The position numbers were made by a program, and so were the translations under genes. From positions 6,402-70,401 of the forward strand of contig JABMQJ010000012.1 of assembly GCA_013203315.1 (NCBI GenBank): a stretch of DNA of 64,000 bases, in the 5' to 3' direction. This DNA is from Candidatus Omnitrophota bacterium. GTDB taxonomy: Bacteria > Omnitrophota > Gorgyraeia > JABMRN01 > RBG-13-46-9. The first letter of the stretch is position 1; every line of letters begins with the position of its first letter. Shown piece by piece: positions 21,226-30,330 of this stretch. The notes beneath the pieces were generated by a model, which was given only the letters and a program-made list of their open reading frames with translations, searched no databases and was not told where the DNA came from.

Positions 21226-21958
21226 TATTTGCCTTACAATCGCCTATGACGGAACGCGTTACGGCGGTTGGCAAATCCAGAAAAACGCAAAAACAATTCA
21301 AGGTGAGATAGAAAAAGCTCTAAAAAAAATACTTAAAGAGAAAATAAAACTAACCGGAGCCGGCAGGACCGACTCCGGCGTACACGCCAGGGCGCAAGTC
21401 GCAAATTTTAAAACAAAAAAAATTTTTCCTCCCAAAAAGCTCACCGCTGCGCTAAACGCAAACCTCCCGACGGATATTTCAATAGTAAAGATAGAAAAAG
21501 TCCCTTCGGAATTTCATTCGCGTTTCGACGCAAAAAGTAAAATTTATCGGTATACTATTTTAAATACACGCGCGGACGACCCGTTTCTAATTGCTTATTA
21601 CTTTAAAATTCCCCGCAGGTTAGATGTTGCGCTGATGAGAAAAGAGGCAAGTGTTCTAGTGGGGACGCACGACTTCAAATCTTTCCAGGCCAAAGCCAAT
21701 CTGTCACCTGTAAAAAATACACGAAGAAAAATAAAAAAAATAACCATCAAAAGAGAAAAACAATTTATTTATATTGATGTTGAAGGTACGGGATTCTTGC
21801 ATAACATGGTTCGTAATATAGCGGGCACCCTTATTGAAGTAGGCAGGGGATACTTTCCGGAAGGCAGCATGAAAAAGATTCTGGCATCTCGCGACCGCCG
21901 GAAAGCCGGCCCCACGGCCCCTGCCAAAGCGCTTTTACTAGTACGGGTTAAATATTAG
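21218..21958 (+). CDS. truA: tRNA pseudouridine(38-40) synthase
   Basis: 246 aa. GAGRTDSGVHA catalytic Asp motif. 8-nt overlap with asd. Confidence 0.9.
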   Translation: MPNICLTIAYDGTRYGGWQIQKNAKTIQGEIEKALKKILKEKIKLTGAGRTDSGVHARAQVANFKTKKIFPPKKLTAALNANLPTDISIVKIEKVPSEFHSRFDAKSKIYRYTILNTRADDPFLIAYYFKIPRRLDVALMRKEASVLVGTHDFKSFQAKANLSPVKNTRRKIKKITIKREKQFIYIDVEGTGFLHNMVRNIAGTLIEVGRGYFPEGSMKKILASRDRRKAGPTAPAKALLLVRVKY

Positions 21959-21967
21959 CCCAATATT

Positions 21968-21996
21968 TTGACTATAATAGATCCGTTATGTATACT
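21968..21996 (+). promoter_or_regulatory. Sigma70-type promoter TTGACT-17-TATACT upstream of the membrane HK
   Basis: ttgact at 21968-21973, 17-nt spacer, tatact at 21991-21996. Confidence 0.55.
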
Positions 21997-22026
21997 TAAG
22001 ACATAAGTACGAATAGGGCAATGTAA

Positions 22027-23037
22027 ATGAAAAAGAATAAAACACGAAAAAGAAAACCGCGTGAAGATCAAAATAGCTATAAAGTAGTTATTTCTGATTT
22101 AGGCATGAGCCCGTTTCGCATTATGCGCGCCTCTTTTGTGTTAATGGGCATACTTCCGCTTCTTATCATCTTCTACATAATCGTAGGACGCAAATTTCTT
22201 TTTGATATTTTTCTGGGGACCAACGGCCTGATAGCGTTTTTTGCTGTCATGATCTCGCTCATAGGATTTGTGTATGCTTACACTCTTATTGCGAATATGA
22301 TAAGAAAACTAGTCGTGTATTCTGCCGAACGCAAGCAAATAGACGAGGAGAAAACCGAACTACTTCTTGCGGTAAGCCATGATTTAAAAACACCTTTAAC
22401 CATACTTAAAACGGGAATGCGTAATCTCACCGACGGTATCGGTGGGGCTCTAAGCAAGGTTCACGTCGGAGTGGCCGATCACTGCCTTCGCGCCGTGGAC
22501 AGGATAAACCGTTTTATAGATGAACTTTTGGACTTCTCCAAGGTGGGTTTCATGAGAACGAATATAAAGCGCGACCTGATAGACCTCGGCGAAATGGTAA
22601 AGAATGAGGTAGATGCGATGTCTGATCTTGCCAGAGAGAACGGGCAGGATCTTCGGGTTAAGATTGAGGCCAAAGACGCAAAAGTATGGGCTGACGAGAA
22701 AAAAATGTCAAGAGCGGTCATGAATCTTCTTTCCAACGCCATAAAATATACCCCGAAGGGCGGCAAGATTAACGCGACGGTATCCACTGATGAAAATACC
22801 ACGAGATTCACGCTAATAAATACCGGTCCCGGAATTCAGCCAAACGAATTAGATAAAATATTTAAAAAATACGAAAGGCTTGACAGGCATTCCGATGTAG
22901 AAGGCACGGGGCTTGGGCTTTCTATCGTAAAAGAAATAATGGATTTACACAAAGGCCGCCTAACCGTAAAAAGCGAACCCGGCAAAGAGACAGAATTTGA
23001 TCTAATTCTACCCAGAGACTTACGAGAACGAGTATAG
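22027..23037 (+). CDS. Membrane-anchored sensor histidine kinase (2 TM, HisKA, HATPase_c)
   Basis: TM segments FVLMGILPLLIIFYIIV and LIAFFAVMISLIGFVYAY. H-box SHDLKTPLT. N/G boxes NLLSNAIKYT and GTGLGLSIVKEI. Confidence 0.8.
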   Translation: MKKNKTRKRKPREDQNSYKVVISDLGMSPFRIMRASFVLMGILPLLIIFYIIVGRKFLFDIFLGTNGLIAFFAVMISLIGFVYAYTLIANMIRKLVVYSAERKQIDEEKTELLLAVSHDLKTPLTILKTGMRNLTDGIGGALSKVHVGVADHCLRAVDRINRFIDELLDFSKVGFMRTNIKRDLIDLGEMVKNEVDAMSDLARENGQDLRVKIEAKDAKVWADEKKMSRAVMNLLSNAIKYTPKGGKINATVSTDENTTRFTLINTGPGIQPNELDKIFKKYERLDRHSDVEGTGLGLSIVKEIMDLHKGRLTVKSEPGKETEFDLILPRDLRERV

Positions 23038-23061
23038 CGATAGCAGAAAGGCTATCTCCAT

Positions 23062-24072
23062 ATGGAAAGGGTAAGATACCAGATAGACCCGCATAATAGG
23101 CTCGTTATCCGGAAAGCTGCCAGAAAAACACCCCTTCCGTATTTTAGAAAAGTCCTGACAGGCCGTTTTAAAATCGATAACGATAATGAGCTCACCTACC
23201 ACGTAAAAACTCCCGTCCCGCATGGCAAAAATATTCCTCATCAGGTAAAGCTAAGAGGGCAATGGTCAGTAACAGATGATCATAATCTCCGTCTTACTTT
23301 TGACAAATGGGGAAGGGAGACTTTCGGCGATCGGCTTACCATAAAAGGCGATATCGTAGACACGAGTAAAAATTCATTCCTCTTTGCAATCACTACAAAA
23401 ACAAAAGAAAATACCCGCTCAACATATATACTTAGACTTCAAGGGGTATGGCAGGCCGATAAAAATAACCGTCTTACATTTAGGATAACAAAGGAGGATG
23501 GTAGGCATGATATTCTGGTATTAGACGGTATCTGGGAAATAAATAAAAACTATCAGATTATTTATAAATACGAAAAGGCGCATCTTGTAAGAAAACGAAA
23601 AAAACTTCACACCCTTATTTTTAAGGGCTATTGGGATATCTCCGGAAAAAAGCGTATATCATATATAATTGACGCAAAATCCGGTTCCGTGTTTAACTTT
23701 AAAACCGGCCTTGACATATTCAGGGCCGGTTATGTAAAATATGAACTAGGTGTAAAGCTCTCATACAGCCCTAAACCGGTTAAGCGCAAGATTACTCTTT
23801 CCGGTGCCTGGAAGATTAAGAGAAATCTAGGGCTTGTATTCGAAATGGCATACAAAAATCAAAAACTTCACGCCATAATTTTCGGCGCCGAAGCAAGATT
23901 GACGGCAAGAGATATGGTATCTTTCAGGCTTAGAAATGAATTAAATAAAGACATGGGCGTAACCTTAAAGCTGTCGCATAAAATATTAAAAGGGGACGGC
24001 GAGGCTTTTTTAAAATTACTTAGGTCGAAAAAAGAATGCGCCGTATTAGCAGGTTCGGGGTGGAAATGGTAA
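23062..24072 (+). CDS. Hypothetical repeat protein, ~9 tandem ~35-aa beta-hairpin-like repeats centred on G-x-W / N-x-L-x-F
   Basis: Repeats include LRGQWSVTDDHNLRLTF, LQGVWQADKNNRLTFRI, LDGIWEINKNYQIIYKY, FKGYWDISGKKRISYII and LSGAWKIKRNLGLVFEM. No signal peptide. 7-nt overlap with the downstream protease gene. Confidence 0.6.
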   Translation: MERVRYQIDPHNRLVIRKAARKTPLPYFRKVLTGRFKIDNDNELTYHVKTPVPHGKNIPHQVKLRGQWSVTDDHNLRLTFDKWGRETFGDRLTIKGDIVDTSKNSFLFAITTKTKENTRSTYILRLQGVWQADKNNRLTFRITKEDGRHDILVLDGIWEINKNYQIIYKYEKAHLVRKRKKLHTLIFKGYWDISGKKRISYIIDAKSGSVFNFKTGLDIFRAGYVKYELGVKLSYSPKPVKRKITLSGAWKIKRNLGLVFEMAYKNQKLHAIIFGAEARLTARDMVSFRLRNELNKDMGVTLKLSHKILKGDGEAFLKLLRSKKECAVLAGSGWKW

Positions 24073-24806
24073 CTAAGCTTGCCGCAGCGGTAATCGTCGT
24101 TATGCTAACCTACGCGCCAAGTATAATTGCCGATACAATTATACTTAAAAATGGCGAAGAAATAGTAGGAAACGTGGTTAGTGAATCCGGCGAAGGTGTA
24201 GTAGTAAGCAAACAGGGCGGAAGCTTTGTATATTCAATTTCAAAAAATAGAATAAAAAACATAAGAAAATCAACCCCGGGGGAAGAAGCCTGGCAGGAGA
24301 AAAAAGAGGGGCGTTTCTACAAAACGGATAAGAAAAATATTTCCGAACAAAAAAGCAAGTGGAAAGAATACCGTTTATCGGAATACAAAAAAGAAGTGAT
24401 TGCAGCAGATCGTGCCCAGGGCAGAATGCGCGTTCATTTTACGAATAATAAATTTGGCGTTGTGGATGTGGTTCTGAATGATAAAATAAGGGCCTCGCTT
24501 TTCGTTGACACGGGTGCTAGTTTTGTATCGATTTCCGAGAAAACAGCCGGAGACCTAAAGATTGACTTAGGGTCGCTTCCGAAGATCAAGCTTATACTCG
24601 CAAACGGAAGCGAGGTAGAGGGGTATTCTACTACGCTCGATTCAGTCGAAGTCGGCAATGCCCGCATCGAAAATGTTAAAATCGCTATACACAAGATGTC
24701 TGACTCCGGCAAGGTAGACGGCCTCCTCGGCATGTCCTTCCTGAAGCACTTCCACGTAAAACTTGATTCACAAGAGAACTGTCTCATCCTCGAAAAATAC
24801 CAGTAA
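24066..24806 (+). CDS. Secreted retropepsin-like aspartic protease (clan AA, bacterial DTGA type) with an N-terminal SH3-like region
   Basis: Signal peptide MVTKLAAAVIVVMLTYAPSIIA. Catalytic LFVDTGASFVSIS and flap-like GLLGMSFL. Start taken at ATG 24066 instead of the ORF-track start 24036. Confidence 0.7.
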   Translation: MVTKLAAAVIVVMLTYAPSIIADTIILKNGEEIVGNVVSESGEGVVVSKQGGSFVYSISKNRIKNIRKSTPGEEAWQEKKEGRFYKTDKKNISEQKSKWKEYRLSEYKKEVIAADRAQGRMRVHFTNNKFGVVDVVLNDKIRASLFVDTGASFVSISEKTAGDLKIDLGSLPKIKLILANGSEVEGYSTTLDSVEVGNARIENVKIAIHKMSDSGKVDGLLGMSFLKHFHVKLDSQENCLILEKYQ

Positions 24807-24836
24807 TTCGAACACTCCTTTTTCTGCGCACAAATT

Positions 24837-24865
24837 TGACAAAAGTTAGTTCCTAATGTATACTT
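24837..24865 (+). promoter_or_regulatory. Sigma70-type promoter TTGACA-17-TATACT upstream of cheR-TPR
   Basis: ttgaca at 24837-24842, 17-nt spacer, tatact at 24860-24865. An ~85-nt AT-rich leader follows, with ttgagtt x2 and cataata x2 direct repeats. Confidence 0.55.
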
Positions 24866-24950
24866 ATTGAGTTCAGGATATTTGTTGAGTTTTAGATATA
24901 AAGGACACCACAATATTAACTCATAATATTAATATCATAATACTAAGTAA

Positions 24951-26465
24951 ATGCCTGCAACAGTAGATATAAGAAACCAATTTAAGACTTTTGTAGCCAA
25001 CCGTGGCGGCCTATATTTTAAGGACCACGACCTAAAGAACCTCGAAAGCGCTATCTCCGCACGAATGAAATCCCGCGGAATGCATTCATTTCCCGGATAC
25101 TATGCATACCTTACAACCGCCGAAGAGAAAGAAGATGAGTTCAGAGAACTCTTAAATCTTCTAACGATAAACCACACATACTTCTTCAGGAACGAACCAC
25201 AATTCAAGGCTCTGAGGGAAAAGGTTTTGCCCAATGTGATTGAGAAAAAACGACAAGAAGCAAGCGCATCAGGCGAGGAAAAACCCGCGTTACGCATATG
25301 GAGCGCCGGTTGTGCGACAGGACAGGAGCCATATTCAATTGCAATGATAGTGCGTGATCTTATAGAAGACATAGATGATTGGGACGTACAAATACTCGCC
25401 ACTGACGCGTCCGAAAATGCATTACAGAATGCACGAAAAGGCACATATAGCCAGAACTCGGTAAAGCATGTTGATGAAACGCGCCTCGCGAGATATTTTA
25501 CAAAAGAAGGGAATACCGAGCGCGATACAAAATACCGGATACAGGAAAACATTAGAAGAATGATTAATTTTGCCTTTTTCAATCTCATGGAGGAAAGTTT
25601 CCCTACGGGTTTTGATATCATATTTTGCCGCAACGTTGTCATATATTTCGAATTTGAAACAACTGTAAAGGTTATGAATAAGCTTTATTCCGGCCTTTTA
25701 GACGGCGGTTACATGTTCATAGGCTATTCCGAAACGCTTCAATTCATGCAGGACAGGCTTCAGATGATAAGTTGGGAAGACGCGATATATTATCACAAGG
25801 CCAAAGGAAAAGCACCTGTTTATACGGAATTCGCCGAACCCCTGCCTGCTAAAGAGGAGATAGATCTAGATAAGGTCCTGGAAGAAATCTCAAAGGCAGA
25901 AGCCACCGCGAACTTAGAGGCCGAGACAAAAAAAGCGCCGCCTACTCAAAAAATAGAGAATATGCTCATTCAGATTATTAAAGCCATGCACCTAAAGCAA
26001 TACGACAAGGCCCTCTCACTTATTGAAGAAGCAAGTTCAGTGGACGATAAAGTGGTCGACCCTCATTATCTGGCGGCCGAGATTTTTATAAACCAGGGAA
26101 AAAGAGGCGAGGCAAAGACAAGGCTTTCTACCGCGCTAAAACTCGATTCGCTTTTCGCGCCGGCGCATTATCTTTATGGTTGTATATACGTGGAGGAAAG
26201 CGATCTTGATAACGCGAAAAAAAGTCTGAAAAAAGCCTTATTCATAGATAAAAATTTCTTATTGGCGCATTTTTATCTTGCTCAGGTTTTCAAAACCGAG
26301 GGACGCACAAAGGATGCGATCAGGGAATACAGAAATAGCCTGAAACTCTTGTCCGGGGCTGCGCCCGGAGATATTATAGCCTATAGCGGCGGGTTTAATG
26401 CTGCTACATTCATGAGTGTTTGCAGGGATAATCTGGAAAGACTAAAAATAGAATACGGAGATTAA
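24951..26465 (+). CDS. CheR-type protein-glutamate O-methyltransferase fused to C-terminal TPR repeats
   Basis: CheR N-terminal helical domain. SAM-binding RIWSAGCATGQEPYSIA. Residues ~330-504 form TPR helices (LAAEIFINQGKRGEA, YLYGCIYVEESDLDNA, HFYLAQVFKTEGRTKDA). Confidence 0.85.
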   Translation: MPATVDIRNQFKTFVANRGGLYFKDHDLKNLESAISARMKSRGMHSFPGYYAYLTTAEEKEDEFRELLNLLTINHTYFFRNEPQFKALREKVLPNVIEKKRQEASASGEEKPALRIWSAGCATGQEPYSIAMIVRDLIEDIDDWDVQILATDASENALQNARKGTYSQNSVKHVDETRLARYFTKEGNTERDTKYRIQENIRRMINFAFFNLMEESFPTGFDIIFCRNVVIYFEFETTVKVMNKLYSGLLDGGYMFIGYSETLQFMQDRLQMISWEDAIYYHKAKGKAPVYTEFAEPLPAKEEIDLDKVLEEISKAEATANLEAETKKAPPTQKIENMLIQIIKAMHLKQYDKALSLIEEASSVDDKVVDPHYLAAEIFINQGKRGEAKTRLSTALKLDSLFAPAHYLYGCIYVEESDLDNAKKSLKKALFIDKNFLLAHFYLAQVFKTEGRTKDAIREYRNSLKLLSGAAPGDIIAYSGGFNAATFMSVCRDNLERLKIEYGD

Positions 26466-26467
26466 TT

Positions 26468-26647
26468 ATGAAACTAACAGTATTTACTCTGAAAGATAAG
26501 GAATACGGAGTTGACATGATGGTAACGGCTTCAGCCGACGCAGTGGACGCAGTAAAGGCAAGAAAAATGGGCGCGGACGATTATTACGCAAAGACGAGCG
26601 ACTTATCCATTTTAGTCAAAGCTATAAAAAAAATAACTGAAATATAA
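26468..26647 (+). pseudogene. 59-aa ORF matching only the C-terminal half (beta4-alpha5) of a receiver domain. Truncated REC remnant or non-phosphorylatable fragment.
   Basis: VDMMVTASADAVDAVKARKMGADDYYAKTSDLSILVKAIKKI aligns to VIIFTAKPE...AGADDYILKPFD...KIEKLL of the downstream CheY-like genes. The N-terminal DD and phospho-Asp region is absent. Too short for the ORF track. Confidence 0.45.
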
Positions 26648-26661
26648 AAAAACACTTAAAT

Positions 26662-29600
26662 ATGGAAAAGCAAATCAAACATAAGACTAGCTTGAGGCGA
26701 AAAATCGCGTTTCTTATTGTATTTTCCTGTCTTATCGTTATGCTTACAGGTTTTGGGTTGGGGTATTTATGGGGATTCAATTTGTTGCGTACTACAATAG
26801 GCGAAAGCCATGTCAGCATGGCCGATTTAATTTCAGAATCTGTTAGCAGAATTCTCAACGAAGAAGTCTCGGATCTTCACATATACATGTCGCTTCCGTT
26901 ACGCAGGGGCATGATTGAAAAGCAAAATCTCAAATATAGAGGAATGAATGAAGAGGCCGTTAGCAGATATTTTAAAGATATGGACGAAAAGTGGAAAGGG
27001 ACACAAAAAGACAATCCTTTGATCGAAGAATTGTTAGCGACAGAAACCAGCAACAGGTTGAAAAGCTTAGTAGCCGGAGATGCCGGTATTGCAGAAATTT
27101 TCATGACTGATGTGCAAGGAGGGTTAGTCGCTTCCTCAAACAAAACAAGCGATTTTTACCAGGCAGACGAAATCTGGTGGCAAAAAGCTTTTAACAACGG
27201 AAAGGGCGCTGACTTTATCGGGGATGCAGAACTTGATACGTCGTCTAATGTAATAAGCATAAGCTTAGCCGTCCCCATAAGAGGCGATTCAGGAGAAGTG
27301 ATAGGTGCCTGCAAGGCTGTCATGGATGTGAACCGTTTGTTTGAGCCCTTAAAAGATTTTGTTATCGGAAAAACAGGTCATGCAGTGTTGATTAACAAAA
27401 AAGGCGTTATCATTTTTCAAGAGGACATCACACCTTTAAGCCAAAGCCTAACAAGCGAAGAAAATTTGCAAAAAATATTAGAAACCCCAAAAGGGTGGAT
27501 AATTACAAGCAAACCTAACGAGCATAACAAAAAAACATTTATTGCGTTCACGGCAAGCAATTACTCTCTCTTTTTGCGAGAAGGGATACTGTGGAAGGTA
27601 TGCGTAGGCCAAAATGCCGATGAAGTGTTTGCGCCATTGAATACTTTAATGTTTCAGCTTTTTATAGTTGTCATTCTTGCCGCCGCAATTCTTGTTTTGG
27701 CTAGTGCGGTGTTTAGTGCAGCGTTCATTAAGCCGCTAATTGAGCTTCGCAATGCTACGGAGAAAATCGCGAAGGGTGATTTAGACTACCATATAGAAGT
27801 AAAAACGGGCGACGAAATCGAAGAATTTGCCGATTTTTTCAACCGGATGACTGACGAGTTAAAAAAATCTACTAGATCCGTCAGTGCGCTAAATAAAGAA
27901 ATCACCGAGCGTAAGAAAGTAGAATATGCACTTAAAGAAAGCGAGGAAAGATATAGAGTGCTGTACGATTCCTCGCGCGATGCCATTATGACATTGATGC
28001 CCGGGGGGAAATTTTTAAGCGGCAATCCTGCTACATTAGAAATGTTTGGGTGCAAGGATGAAAAAGAATTTATTTCTAAAACCCCAGCTGATTTATCACC
28101 GGAATATCAACCCGATGGGGAACTTTCTAGCGTAAGAGCGAAGCAGATGATGGACATGGCAATGGAAAAAGGTTCGCACTTTTTTGAATGGACGCATAAG
28201 AACGTAGGCGGAAAGAATTTTTTCGCTACAGTATTATTGACCCGAATGAAAATGGGAAATAAAGAATTTTTGCAAGCGACAGTCCGTGATATTTCCGTGT
28301 CTAAGAATATAGAGACTAAAGTAAGGCAAGCAGCAGAAGAATGGCAGCGCACATTTGATTCGATAGCGGATTTGGTATTTATTCAGGATACGAATTTCGT
28401 TATACTGAAAGCAAACAGGGCGTTTGCCGAAGCGATTAAAATGAAACCCGAAGACATTATCGGCAAAAAATGTTATGATTTATTGCATGGTCGGGATAAG
28501 CCATGGCCAAACTGTCCGTTTGAAAAAACAAAACACGACTCGAAGGCCCACACCGAAGAGGTGGACGACCCAAATATTGGCCTACCACTTTCGGTTTCAA
28601 CTTCGCCGATATTTGACAAAAAAGGTAAATTGGTGGGCAGCGTGCATATTGCCCAGGACATAAGAGCCAGAAAGAAAGCAGAGAAAGTCTTTCAGGACAC
28701 AAAAGACGAATTGGAAAAACAGACCTGGGGGCTCAGAAAAAGCAACGAAGCCATCAAGTCTCTCTATAAAGAGTTGGAGGGAAGCAATAAAGAACTCCAG
28801 AAGTTGGACCAATTAAAATCCGATTTCGTGTCAACCGTTTCACACGAATTACGCACGCCGCTATCTATAACTAAAGAAGGCATATCCTTGGTCCTGGATA
28901 GGGTAACCGGTGATATTAGCGGAAAACAGGAAAAAATACTCTCTACGGCAAGGGATAACATAGATCGCTTAGCTCGAATAATAAATGACCTACTTGATAT
29001 ATCCAAAATCGAAGCAGGCAAGGTCGATTTGAAAAAAGCCCTCGTGGATCTTTCAGGTAAGATAAAGGACGACTGCACATTATGGAAAATAGATGCGGAT
29101 AAAAAAAATCAAACCTTACAAATTTCCGTGCCGGATTCCCCGGTTAGCATTTATGTTGATCCTGACAAGATGGACCAAATTCTTCTTAATCTCGTATCGA
29201 ATGCCGTAAAATATACCCCTGATAAAGGAAAAATAAAGGTTGAGTTAAAAGATAAAGAAGGCGAGGTAGAGGTTTCTATTTCCGATACAGGCGTTGGCAT
29301 TGCCAAGGAGGATTTTCATAAGTTATTCGGTAAATTTCAACAGTTCAGCAGGGCCATAGGCCCAGGGGCAAAAGGCACGGGGCTTGGCCTTGCCATTGTT
29401 AAGCAGCTTGTTGAAATGCACAAGGGTAACATACGCGTTGAAAGCGAGCTCCACAAAGGTAGCAAATTTATCTTTTCTATTCCCAAGCTGGATGTTGAAG
29501 AGGTGTTTAGGGAATATATTAGTAGCGGGATAAAACAGGCAGCCGATAGAAAAACGCATCTTTCACTTCTTATTGTGCACGTGGTGAATTTCAAGCAAAT

Positions 29601-29910
29601 TTTTGAAGAGCTGGGCTATGATAAGGCGCACGCTTTACTTAAGGACATTGCGAAAGAGACAAAGGGATCGCTGCGTCGCCGTGCGGATAGCGTGGTAAGA
29701 GATACGGGCGATCTTATTGTGCTTCTATTCGATACGCGCAAGGAAGATGTGGCGGTTGTGAGGAAGAGGGTTGAAAAAACAATTAGCGATTATCTATCCG
29801 GCGGCAAAGAAAAATTTCTTAAAAATATCAGCATAACTTTCGGTAACGCAACATATCCCGATGAGGCAATCACTGATGAGGAATTACTAAAAAAGGCAAG
29901 ACCCGCGTAA
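26662..29910 (+). CDS. Multi-sensor histidine kinase: TM-periplasmic Cache-like domain-TM-HAMP-3 PAS-HisKA-HATPase_c, plus a C-terminal degenerate GGDEF domain with a preserved RxxD I-site
   Basis: 1082 aa. Two TM segments flank a ~280-aa extracytoplasmic domain, followed by HAMP (GDLDYHIEVKTGDEIEEFADFFNRM). H-box SHELRTPLS, G-box GTGLGLAIVKQL. The tail LSLLIVHVVNFKQIFEELGYDKAHALL...RRRADSVVRDTGDLIVLLFDT aligns to [27 protein letters not shown]...[21 protein letters not shown] of the downstream GGDEF protein. GGDEF is replaced by DTGDL but RxxD is kept. No receiver domain. Confidence 0.85.
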   Translation: MEKQIKHKTSLRRKIAFLIVFSCLIVMLTGFGLGYLWGFNLLRTTIGESHVSMADLISESVSRILNEEVSDLHIYMSLPLRRGMIEKQNLKYRGMNEEAVSRYFKDMDEKWKGTQKDNPLIEELLATETSNRLKSLVAGDAGIAEIFMTDVQGGLVASSNKTSDFYQADEIWWQKAFNNGKGADFIGDAELDTSSNVISISLAVPIRGDSGEVIGACKAVMDVNRLFEPLKDFVIGKTGHAVLINKKGVIIFQEDITPLSQSLTSEENLQKILETPKGWIITSKPNEHNKKTFIAFTASNYSLFLREGILWKVCVGQNADEVFAPLNTLMFQLFIVVILAAAILVLASAVFSAAFIKPLIELRNATEKIAKGDLDYHIEVKTGDEIEEFADFFNRMTDELKKSTRSVSALNKEITERKKVEYALKESEERYRVLYDSSRDAIMTLMPGGKFLSGNPATLEMFGCKDEKEFISKTPADLSPEYQPDGELSSVRAKQMMDMAMEKGSHFFEWTHKNVGGKNFFATVLLTRMKMGNKEFLQATVRDISVSKNIETKVRQAAEEWQRTFDSIADLVFIQDTNFVILKANRAFAEAIKMKPEDIIGKKCYDLLHGRDKPWPNCPFEKTKHDSKAHTEEVDDPNIGLPLSVSTSPIFDKKGKLVGSVHIAQDIRARKKAEKVFQDTKDELEKQTWGLRKSNEAIKSLYKELEGSNKELQKLDQLKSDFVSTVSHELRTPLSITKEGISLVLDRVTGDISGKQEKILSTARDNIDRLARIINDLLDISKIEAGKVDLKKALVDLSGKIKDDCTLWKIDADKKNQTLQISVPDSPVSIYVDPDKMDQILLNLVSNAVKYTPDKGKIKVELKDKEGEVEVSISDTGVGIAKEDFHKLFGKFQQFSRAIGPGAKGTGLGLAIVKQLVEMHKGNIRVESELHKGSKFIFSIPKLDVEEVFREYISSGIKQAADRKTHLSLLIVHVVNFKQIFEELGYDKAHALLKDIAKETKGSLRRRADSVVRDTGDLIVLLFDTRKEDVAVVRKRVEKTISDYLSGGKEKFLKNISITFGNATYPDEAITDEELLKKARPA

Positions 29911-29937
29911 AGCACCCAATGCTTAAAAGGAGGATGA

Positions 29938-30312
29938 GTGGCAAAGATGAAAATACTACTTGTTGACGATGAGCCAATGTTTATCGAAATAATGAAAACA
30001 AGGCTGGAGGCCGACGGCTGCGAGGTAATTACCGCTTCCGACGGAAAACAGGCGCTTGACAGGATAGCGCAAGACAAACCTGATGCGGTTTTGCTGGATA
30101 TTCTTATGCCCGTATTGGACGGGATGTCTGCGCTTGAAATGATAAGAAAGAAGGATAAAGAATTACCCGTATACATGCTGACTGCTTTCTCGACCGAAGA
30201 TAGAATTAAAGAGGCAAAAAGGGCCGGCGCTTCCGGGTTCCTTGTTAAAGACGGTGAGTTGAAAGAAGAAATTGGCGGTATAGTAGATCAATTAAAGAAA
30301 AATAAATCCTAA
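29938..30312 (+). CDS. CheY-like single-domain response regulator (1 of 4 tandem paralogs)
   Basis: GTG start. KILLVDDEP, LLDILMPVLDG, phospho-acceptor Asp, T and K positions conserved. 124 aa. Confidence 0.85.
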   Translation: MAKMKILLVDDEPMFIEIMKTRLEADGCEVITASDGKQALDRIAQDKPDAVLLDILMPVLDGMSALEMIRKKDKELPVYMLTAFSTEDRIKEAKRAGASGFLVKDGELKEEIGGIVDQLKKNKS

Positions 30313-30330
30313 CATGAAAAAGGAGGGTGC

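Noticed and set aside
26662-29910. Labelling the 1082-aa kinase a 'hybrid' histidine kinase
   Set aside because: No receiver domain follows the HATPase_c domain. The C-terminal extension is GGDEF-like, not REC.
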